A stretch of 32,000 nucleotides of DNA from Bacillota bacterium (lineage in GTDB: Bacteria; Bacillota; UBA4882; UBA8346), in the NCBI GenBank assembly GCA_029974635.1, contig JARKQY010000001.1, positions 61,433-93,432 on the forward strand. The letters run 5' to 3'. Under the pieces are notes generated by a model. The model was not told the origin of the DNA. It ran no database searches and saw only the letters and a list, made by a program, of their open reading frames with translations. This document shows positions 25,729 to 32,000 of the stretch, one piece after another. Numbering within the stretch: the stretch's first letter is position 1; the number at the start of each line of letters is the position of its first letter. A program made the position numbers and the translations under genes.

Positions 25729-26619
25729 ATGCGGAACACGGAACGAAGCATCTTCGAAATTACAGAAAAAATCAATGATGAGATGGAACTCGTCCGGGAA
25801 ACGGAAATGTTCAATGAAGCCGGATGTTTTGTAGCCATATTGCTGCAAACGGTAAATATCGATCTATTATTTCCCGGTATTGAGTCCCTGACGAAGGACC
25901 TGCGATTAATTTATGGGATTGGAGATGCAACTGCCGCCAAATTAAACGAGACCGGCGTACAATCCATTGGTGATCTGCTAAAGCATCCCCGCTGGCAGAG
26001 AGCCGCCCAAGACTTGTTACGGGCTATTGAAAGACGGGATGTTGATCGATTGGTTCATTACGGCGCATCTGATTTTCAGTTATTAAGTTTTTTCCAACCC
26101 GAGTCTGTTAAATTTATTGACATTGAAACACTTGGACTCTACTCTATTCATCCCGTTTTTTTAGTAGGAATTTTAAGTTTTGAAAATAAAAGGGGCTGTG
26201 TCAAACAGTTCCTCGCCCGTAGTTTTGAAGAAGAAAAAGCAATTTTGAAAGAAACATTTACTGAATTAAGTAATGCCAGGGTCATTGCCAGTTTTAACGG
26301 CCGCAGTTTCGACTTGCCGTATTTGCGAAACCGCATGCGATATCACCGGTTAAATGAGGAAGTTAATGGGTTGCATGTAGATCTGCTGCGGCCGGCCCGG
26401 AAAAAGTACCGGGGTATATATCCAAACTGCCGTTTATTGACCTTGGAAAAGGAACTGTTAAACCGGGAACGGGTCAATGATATTCCCGGTTCCGAAATCG
26501 CTGCATGTTATTATCGTTATCTGGATAGCGGCGATGGTTCCATATTGAATTCCATTTTACTTCATAATGCCATGGACCTGTTATCAATGGCCAAGCTGTT
26601 AGGGATTTTAACGAAATAA
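25729..26619 (+). CDS. RNase H-like (YprB/COG3359-type) predicted exonuclease with an N-terminal helix-hairpin-helix
   Basis: The frame is open from 25687, but ATG 25729 follows AGGAG at 6-nt spacing. HhH-like LIYGIGDATAAKLNETGVQSIGDL. The exonuclease core reads KFIDIETLGL...VIASFNGRSFDLPYL...LLHNAMDLLS (DEDD-like acidic residues). Confidence 0.65.
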   Translation: MRNTERSIFEITEKINDEMELVRETEMFNEAGCFVAILLQTVNIDLLFPGIESLTKDLRLIYGIGDATAAKLNETGVQSIGDLLKHPRWQRAAQDLLRAIERRDVDRLVHYGASDFQLLSFFQPESVKFIDIETLGLYSIHPVFLVGILSFENKRGCVKQFLARSFEEEKAILKETFTELSNARVIASFNGRSFDLPYLRNRMRYHRLNEEVNGLHVDLLRPARKKYRGIYPNCRLLTLEKELLNRERVNDIPGSEIAACYYRYLDSGDGSILNSILLHNAMDLLSMAKLLGILTK

Positions 26620-26629
26620 GGTGACCATC

Positions 26630-27592
26630 ATGGAATTGAAAAAAGTAGCAGGGGATCGTCCAGTCAGCGGCCAATATTTAATTATCGAAAATCAGTTGCG
26701 GACGGCAAAAAACGGCAGTTCTTATCTGGCGATGAAGATCGGCGATAATTCCGGAGAGATGGCGGTAAAAATATGGGACGCCGATGAGGTGCTGTACAAC
26801 CGGTTGGAGGTTGGCCGGGTAATTGAGATCCGCAATATTCAGCCCAAAATCTTCAAGGACCAAGTTCAGCTGGAATGGGAAGGCCGTAACCAAGACGCGT
26901 TTCAACTTGTGCCGGATTCGAAGGTCGATTATGCCCGTTTCTTGCCTCAATCCCCCGGAAATCTGGCAACCTGTTGGGATTTTTTAGTGGAGACTGTTGC
27001 CGGGATTCAAGATCCGTTTTTGCGGCAGATTTTGAACTCATTTTTTACGGATGAAACTTTTAAGGAGCGTTTTATCAGGGTTCCGGCGGCATTAAAGCGT
27101 CATCACGCTTATATCGGAGGATTGCTGGAACATACAGCAGGGGTTACCGCCCTGTGTAAAGCCGCCGTAGATTACTACCCTCTTATAAAACGTGATTTGC
27201 TTTTAACCGGAGCTATTTTGCACGATATAGGAAAAATCAGATCTTATAAAATTGAAAAAGGTTTTGACGGGACCGATGAGGGAAAACTGATGGGCCATTT
27301 GATTTTGGGAGTGGAAATGGTACAACGGGCTATTCGGGAAACTGCCGCTGCTAGACAAGAAGATCATGATAATGGTTTGAGTTTACTTCATTTGCTGGTT
27401 AGTCATCATGGAATCATGGAATGGGGTTCGCCGGTGGAGCCGTTAACTCTGGAAGCTTGTATACTTCATCATGCCGATAATATGGATGCTCAAGTCACGA
27501 AATTCCTAACGATTATCAGATCCCAGGAAGGAAATAATCAATGGGCTCCTTACGATCCCGGGTTGGGGCGTTCCATTTTTCTAGGCTCTTAA
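26630..27592 (+). CDS. yhaM: OB-fold plus HD-domain 3'-5' exoribonuclease, YhaM-like
   Basis: ATG 26630 follows AAGGTG; the track starts at GTG 26621. The OB-fold N-terminus reads QYLIIENQLRTAKNGSSYLAMKIGDNSGEMAVKIWDA. The HD domain reads HHAYIGGLLEHT...GAILHDIGKI...HLLVSHHG...HHADNMDA. Confidence 0.75.
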   Translation: MELKKVAGDRPVSGQYLIIENQLRTAKNGSSYLAMKIGDNSGEMAVKIWDADEVLYNRLEVGRVIEIRNIQPKIFKDQVQLEWEGRNQDAFQLVPDSKVDYARFLPQSPGNLATCWDFLVETVAGIQDPFLRQILNSFFTDETFKERFIRVPAALKRHHAYIGGLLEHTAGVTALCKAAVDYYPLIKRDLLLTGAILHDIGKIRSYKIEKGFDGTDEGKLMGHLILGVEMVQRAIRETAAARQEDHDNGLSLLHLLVSHHGIMEWGSPVEPLTLEACILHHADNMDAQVTKFLTIIRSQEGNNQWAPYDPGLGRSIFLGS

Positions 27593-27911
27593 CTCTAATT
27601 TTTCTTAAAAGTTGAAATAAAATAAGTTTGCAAATTCCATCGGTCTAAAACAAGGTAACTGGACAGGATTAAGGGGATTTTCATAAAAGCAAAGTCAAAA
27701 GCGAAAGGGCAAAAATGATTCAATCCAATAAATCCTGTACATCCCGTCGAATAATAGGTTTGTGAACTTAATAGTCCTAAACAAGGTACTAAACAGGATG
27801 TGCGGGATGAAAAATCCGTAAAATAATAATGTTAAATCCTGATCTGGCTTGTCCGGATTAGGGAATGTATAGTTATGATGAAATAACTTGGGACGAAGGG
27901 GAAAGATCAAA

Positions 27912-28517
27912 ATGGAGTTGTTCTGGAACATTATTATCATCCTGTCCACGTTAGCCGGCGGTCTGGTGATTCAGTATTTTATTCGTTTATCACCCTGGGT
28001 TAGTCTAGCGATTTCGTTTCCCATAATCCTTTTTCTACCGCCATTTTATAGTTTTGGGCTAATCTGCGGTTTTTGGCTCTGTTGCGCATTTGGTACCTTT
28101 CATCCGGAAGCGGAAAGCAAGATTGATACGCCGAACCGCCTCCGTTGGTATAAAGTTATCGGGTATTCATTGTTGACATTTTCAGGTTTTCTGCTCACAT
28201 TGATTCTGCTATGGAAATTGAAAATCACCACCGATTTGCCATCTGTTCAGCGGGAGATTTTTGCCTGGGTCTTTTTGATAATCATCGAAATATGCCTTTA
28301 CAAGATAATCGCCCGGCTTTCCCCCGGTCTCTACCGGATACCGTTGGGTTATGGAATTGCAGTCCTTGATTTTCTGATGATTTTTTATTGGCTTATTTCC
28401 AAAGGGATAATATTTACATTACTGGTTTTTCTCACTATGCTGTTCCTTAGTCCCTTAATTTTAACATGGGTGGAACCGGTTGTTAGAGAAGGAGAACCTT
28501 ATTCGTGGAGAAAATAA
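27912..28517 (+). CDS. Polytopic membrane protein of unknown function (about 6 TM segments)
   Basis: ATG 27912 follows GAAGGGGA. The sequence is hydrophobic throughout (IIIILSTLAGGLVIQYF, FPIILFLPPFYSFGLICGFWLCCAF, LLTFSGFLLTLILLW, and so on). No family recognised. Confidence 0.55.
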   Translation: MELFWNIIIILSTLAGGLVIQYFIRLSPWVSLAISFPIILFLPPFYSFGLICGFWLCCAFGTFHPEAESKIDTPNRLRWYKVIGYSLLTFSGFLLTLILLWKLKITTDLPSVQREIFAWVFLIIIEICLYKIIARLSPGLYRIPLGYGIAVLDFLMIFYWLISKGIIFTLLVFLTMLFLSPLILTWVEPVVREGEPYSWRK

Positions 28518-28518
28518 A

Positions 28519-29799
28519 TTGAAGGTAGCCTTTTATACCCTCGGTTGCAAGGTTAATCAAAATGATTCCGCCAGTCTGGCGTCGCTGTTTCGGGATAAAG
28601 GTTATCAGATTGTTTCATTTGAATCGGGAGCAGATATCTATATTATCAATACCTGCTCGGTTACCGGAGTCAGTGATCGCAAGTCGGCTCAAACAATCCG
28701 GAGAGCTACCGGTTTGAGGCCCGGTGCCGTAATTGTAGTTACTGGCTGCTATGCGCAGATGGCACCCCGTGAAGTCGCCGGTATACCGGGGGTCAATTTG
28801 GTGATTGGAATGGCCGACCGGCCGCGAATTGTTGAACTGGTTGAGGAATACATTGCTTCGCGGCAAAATAGACTGGTGGTTAAAGATGATGCGGAAGCTC
28901 CCTTTTGGAGCTCCGGCAATCCCGAAACGACGGATCGGACAAGAGCCATGCTAAAAATCGAGGAAGGTTGCGAGCAATTTTGTTCTTATTGTATCGTGCC
29001 GTACACCAGGGGCAGGGTTCGAAGCCAGCCCCCGGATCTGGTCAAAGAGGATATAAAGCGTTTTCTGGGGAGGGACTTCAAAGAAATCGTTCTTACCGGA
29101 ATCCATCTTGGTTCCTATGGGAAGGATTTGGGAATCACCTTGGCGGATCTGCTCCGGGAACTCATCACACTCCCCGGAGATTTCCGGATTCGAATGGGCT
29201 CCATCGAACCCCATGATTTGGATGATGCTTTAATCGGCATAATGACCGCGGGCGAGAAAATCTGCCCTCATTTGCATATTCCGCTCCAAAGCGGTTGTGA
29301 CCGAATTTTACAGCAGATGAACCGGGGTTACGATACGGCTTATTACGCTGAGTTACTGCGTAAAATCCGGCAACAAAACCCATTGATGGCCATTGGAACC
29401 GATTTAATCGTAGGTTTTCCGGGAGAAACCGAGAGTGACTTTGAGGAGACCCGGAGATTCATTAGTGCGCAAAGTTTTAGTCGGATTCATGTTTTTCGTT
29501 TTTCACCGCGGCCGGGAACTAAAGCTGCAGGTCTACCGGGGCGGGTTCCCAAGAAAATTCAACAAAGCCGTAGCGGAGAGATTCAAGAGATTGCCGCCGC
29601 GTCCTCTTTGGCATATGCCCGAAAATTTAGCGGCAACCCGGTTCAGGTATTGTTTGAAGAGCCTCAAGCCGATGGTTATTTGGGTTTATCCGGAGAGTAT
29701 CTTAAGGTTTGGGTTCAAACCGGGGCGGATCTTCGCAATCAATTACAGCAAGTTTTCATAACGGAAATTTCCGGAGAGTATTTAGTCGGCAAATTCTAA
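28519..29799 (+). CDS. mtaB: tRNA t6A37 methylthiotransferase MtaB (radical SAM MTTase)
   Basis: In-frame TTG 28519 follows GTGGAG at 8-nt spacing; the track starts at 28480. The UPF0004 N-domain reads KVAFYTLGCKVNQNDS...IYIINTCSVTG. The radical-SAM motif is EEGCEQFCSYCIVPYTRGRVRS, followed by a C-terminal TRAM-like region. Confidence 0.85.
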   Translation: MKVAFYTLGCKVNQNDSASLASLFRDKGYQIVSFESGADIYIINTCSVTGVSDRKSAQTIRRATGLRPGAVIVVTGCYAQMAPREVAGIPGVNLVIGMADRPRIVELVEEYIASRQNRLVVKDDAEAPFWSSGNPETTDRTRAMLKIEEGCEQFCSYCIVPYTRGRVRSQPPDLVKEDIKRFLGRDFKEIVLTGIHLGSYGKDLGITLADLLRELITLPGDFRIRMGSIEPHDLDDALIGIMTAGEKICPHLHIPLQSGCDRILQQMNRGYDTAYYAELLRKIRQQNPLMAIGTDLIVGFPGETESDFEETRRFISAQSFSRIHVFRFSPRPGTKAAGLPGRVPKKIQQSRSGEIQEIAAASSLAYARKFSGNPVQVLFEEPQADGYLGLSGEYLKVWVQTGADLRNQLQQVFITEISGEYLVGKF

Positions 29800-29870
29800 C
29801 TTTGGTGAAGTTTTTTGAAGGAAATTAAAAGTTTGGTGTCGAATAAAAATTGATAAAGGGGAGAGAAATT

Positions 29871-30215
29871 GTGTCCGATTGTTTATTTTGCAGGATTATA
29901 GCCAGGGAACTGCCAAGCCAGGTTGTTTTTGAAAATGATCAGATAATGATCATCAAGGATATTGAACCTGTTGCCCCCGTGCATTTGCTGGCGATTCCCA
30001 AAAAACATATTGATAATGCTTGCGATCCCCGGATTTTGGAGTCAACAACATTGAATGCGATATATTCCGGGGTTCAAGAGGTTGTTGAAAATTTGAAGAT
30101 CAAGGAAAGTGGTTTCCGGTTAGTTTCCAATGTAGGCCGGGATGCCGGGGAAACGATACCTCACTTTCACATGCATATTATAGCCGGGCGTAAACTGGAT
30201 ACATCAATGGGTTGA
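29871..30215 (+). CDS. HIT-family (HinT-like) nucleotide hydrolase
   Basis: GTG 29871 follows GGGGAGAG. The N-terminus SDCLFCRIIARELPSQVVFEND and the histidine triad IPHFHMHIIAG are present. Confidence 0.85.
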   Translation: MSDCLFCRIIARELPSQVVFENDQIMIIKDIEPVAPVHLLAIPKKHIDNACDPRILESTTLNAIYSGVQEVVENLKIKESGFRLVSNVGRDAGETIPHFHMHIIAGRKLDTSMG

Positions 30216-30218
30216 TTA

Positions 30219-30248
30219 TTGACAATCAACTGATTGATAGAGTATAAT
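30219..30248 (+). promoter_or_regulatory. Sigma-A-type promoter for rpsU (TTGACA, 18 nt, TATAAT)
   Basis: TTGACA at 30219-30224 and TATAAT at 30243-30248, about 100 nt upstream of the rpsU start. Confidence 0.6.
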
Positions 30249-30346
30249 ATTATAATGTGATCGAAAAATGTTTTTGTTTTGCATTTTCAAACCGGACACT
30301 GCAGACCGGGCATGTGAGGAGAGAGCAGTGGAGGGGAGGGAAATAT

Positions 30347-30523
30347 GTGGCTGAAGTTAAAATCGGTAAAAATGAAACTTTAGATAGCGCGTTACGCCGT
30401 TTTAAACGCCAATGTCAAATGTCGGGCATTTTGGCTGAGGTTCGGAAGCGTGAGCATTACGAGAAACCTAGCGTACGTCGGAAGAAAAAATCAGAGGCAG
30501 CAAGGAAACGGAAATCTTCATAA
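30347..30523 (+). CDS. rpsU: 30S ribosomal protein S21
   Basis: GTG 30347 follows GGAGGGGAGGG. The 58-aa product is [55 protein letters not shown]. The upstream part of the track ORF (from 30257) is non-S21 leader. Confidence 0.9.
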   Translation: MAEVKIGKNETLDSALRRFKRQCQMSGILAEVRKREHYEKPSVRRKKKSEAARKRKSS

Positions 30524-30531
30524 TAAACAAC

Positions 30532-30556
30532 AAACCCGTCACAGACGGGTTTTTTA
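30532..30556 (+). terminator. Rho-independent terminator after rpsU
   Basis: aaacccgtc-acag-gacgggttt followed by a T run. Confidence 0.85.
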
Positions 30557-30733
30557 ATGTTTTAAATAACTTATTTGATATTGTTGCCTTGCCGTTTTTG
30601 ATAGTTTGGATGTAATAGTATAAAAGCCTTTTGTATTTATTCCCGTTTTCTCCGGGAGGAAAATCTTATTTTATAATGAATTATAATGAATAATTATATA
30701 ATTGTCCTTAAAAAGTCTGCTTTTTTCGCAAAC

Positions 30734-30774
30734 TTTTAGGGGCAATTTTGAATTGTAGTTGCGCTACAATAGGG
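30734..30774 (+). promoter_or_regulatory. 41-bp conserved motif copy 1, containing the palindrome ATTGTAG-N5-CTACAAT (upstream of nadK)
   Basis: ttttaggggcaattttgaattgtagttgcgctacaataggg; near-identical to 31896-31936. Confidence 0.6.
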
Positions 30775-30835
30775 ATGTTCAATTATTAGCCCACTATTAT
30801 CCCATAAGGGAAAATAACGATTGCGAGGTTTTTTA

Positions 30836-31693
30836 GTGAAGCGGATTTTGATCCTGCCAAACCCGTTGAAGCCGAAAGCGCTGGAGTTTACTGCGGTACT
30901 CTCCGAATTATTACCGCGTTATGATTTTGCTCCGCTTTTGGAACAGGAGATCGCCGAGTCTTTAAATCTACGGAATTTGGAGTATAATCCTTCCGGTAAC
31001 TGGGATGGAATTGATCTGGTTATCGTTTTAGGCGGCGATGGTTCGATGTTGAATGCCGCCCGTAAAGTTTACCCGCATCAAATTCCTTTGCTCGGAATTA
31101 ATATGGGCCGGTTGGGGTATTTGACCAAAATTGAAATCCATCAAGTGGAAACCGCTTTGGCTGATTTGCAGGCCGGGAAGTACCAGTATGAGGATAGGGC
31201 CATGCTGGAGGCTGAAGTAATCCGAGGCGGCCAATTGGTAGCGAAATTCACCGGGCTAAATGATCTGGTAGTCGCAAAGAATGCCTCAAGCAGGATGATC
31301 CGGCTTGAAACCCGGATTGATGGCAAATACTTCACTACTTACCCGGCGGACGGCTTAATTGTGGCGACTGCAACCGGATCTACCGCCTATTCATTATCCG
31401 CGGGCGGTCCGATTCTCGATCCGCGTTTGGAAGCCATATTACTAACTCCCATTTGCGCCCATTCATTGTATGCCCGGCCGGTGATATTGCATCGGGAAGC
31501 TCTAGTGCAAATCGTTCTAGATGCCACCCATACAGATATGAGTCTTACGGCGGACGGGCAAACCGGTATTACCTTGCAGCCGGGAGATATAATTAACTTC
31601 CGGCGGGCGCTGTACTATACCAAATTGGTCTATTTTGAAAACCAGGGAATATTTGAGGTTTTAAAGATCCATTTGGGTGAGGGCAGAGTTTGA
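30836..31693 (+). CDS. nadK: NAD kinase
   Basis: VIVLGGDGSMLNAARKV, GINMGRLGYLT, NDLVV and DGLIVATATGSTAYSLSAGGPILDP. The start is either GTG 30836 (GAGG upstream, giving MKRILILPNP) or TTG 30821 as in the track. Confidence 0.9.
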   Translation: MKRILILPNPLKPKALEFTAVLSELLPRYDFAPLLEQEIAESLNLRNLEYNPSGNWDGIDLVIVLGGDGSMLNAARKVYPHQIPLLGINMGRLGYLTKIEIHQVETALADLQAGKYQYEDRAMLEAEVIRGGQLVAKFTGLNDLVVAKNASSRMIRLETRIDGKYFTTYPADGLIVATATGSTAYSLSAGGPILDPRLEAILLTPICAHSLYARPVILHREALVQIVLDATHTDMSLTADGQTGITLQPGDIINFRRALYYTKLVYFENQGIFEVLKIHLGEGRV

Positions 31694-31746
31694 CAAGACT
31701 TATGATAAGCAAAAACCGGGGTTAAGATATAAAATTATCCTTAAAC

Positions 31747-31812
31747 CTCGATCCGGCAAGTAAATTACAATTTCCTGCTCTGACGCGGAAAAATTCGCCG
31801 GATCGGGTTTTT
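31747..31812 (+). terminator. Possible terminator after nadK (long-loop hairpin plus T5)
   Basis: cgatccggc (31749-31757) pairs with gccggatcg (31797-31805), followed by gggttttt. The large ~39-nt loop makes it atypical. Confidence 0.35.
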
Positions 31813-31895
31813 GACAGAATCCGGCAAGTTCTCATCATAAGCGATTTTGAAAGTTACTTGCCGGATTCATGTGAAAAAGTTTGTACAAAAACAAA

Positions 31896-31936
31896 TTTTA
31901 GGGATGATTTTGAATTGTAGCTGCGCTACAATATGG
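31896..31936 (+). promoter_or_regulatory. 41-bp conserved motif copy 2, containing the palindrome ATTGTAG-N5-CTACAAT (upstream of the last gene)
   Basis: ttttagggatgattttgaattgtagctgcgctacaatatggg, about 40 nt upstream of ATG 31975. Confidence 0.6.
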
Positions 31937-31974
31937 GTTGAAAAGGCTATTGTGAAAAGAGTGGGGAGTATGCC

Positions 31975-32000
31975 ATGAAGAATAACCGGCAGGCAATGAT
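31975..32000 (+). CDS. 5' end of an unidentified CDS (MKNNRQAM...); by Firmicutes nadK-argR-recN synteny possibly an ArgR-type regulator
   Basis: The ATG is preceded by GTGGGGAG at 6-nt spacing. Only 8 codons are visible, so the product call rests on synteny alone. Confidence 0.3.

Noticed and set aside
25373-25778. Small ORFs inside repeat copy B (72 aa at 25373-25591, 66 aa at 25578-25778) and the equivalent MNDEHETRNEASPKHLKTLNVKRGT peptide on the minus strand of copy A
   Set aside because: There is no SD upstream. The peptide is shared only because the nucleotides are identical, so there is no independent coding signal. The composition is low-complexity and driven by the repeat motifs.
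27695-27949. An 84-aa minus-strand ORF in the gap before the membrane-protein gene
   Set aside because: It has no SD and an odd composition. It overlaps the start region of the plus-strand gene and sits in an AT-rich region where such ORFs arise by chance.
28905-29761. Alternative-frame ORFs within mtaB (28905-29216, 29435-29761) and the minus-strand ORFs there
   Set aside because: They are embedded in a CDS with unambiguous radical-SAM/MTTase motifs, and their Arg/Gly/Pro-rich translations are typical of off-frame reads.
30676-30705. An ARG-box-like AT-rich sequence (aatgaattataatgaataattatataattg) upstream of nadK
   Set aside because: It only partially resembles TGAAT-N4-ATTCA and lacks the second half-site. 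The identity of the downstream gene as argR is itself only a synteny guess.

Overview
The window looks like a chromosomal segment from an endospore-forming, diderm (outer-membrane-bearing) Firmicutes-type bacterium. All identifications rest on reading the translations and motifs by eye; no database search was run.

Three blocks are visible:
- (1) 1-5128 is a spore-coat-like glycosylation locus. A GT4 glycosyltransferase and a GHMP sugar kinase lie on the minus strand, divergent from two CotS-like kinase-fold genes whose catalytic motifs look degenerate.
- (2) 5325-25452 is one plus-strand outer-membrane/LPS biogenesis supercluster. In order: S55 (SpoIVB-like) peptidase, TamB, a FliA-like sigma factor, a bitopic membrane protein, BamA, an unknown 431-aa protein with a beta-barrel-like C-terminus, two Skp/OmpH paralogs, an anchored coiled-coil protein, a third Skp-like protein, LpxD, a terminator, then a tightly coupled LptF/G, LptD, LptC and double-length LptA operon.
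- (3) 25729-32000 is housekeeping: an RNase H-like exonuclease, a YhaM-like OB/HD nuclease, a membrane protein, MtaB, a HIT protein, rpsU, nadK and the start of a further gene.

The most unusual signal is non-coding. Two copies of a roughly 280-380 bp structured repeat element (1037-1415 and 25453-25728) lie in inverted orientation and bracket blocks 1-2, apart from the GT4 gene at 1-1033, which lies just outside copy A. They share a perfect 79-bp core. Copy A also carries telomere-like (CCCTAAAA)n / G3-tract arrays. No transposase, integrase, CRISPR array, tRNA or rRNA was seen.
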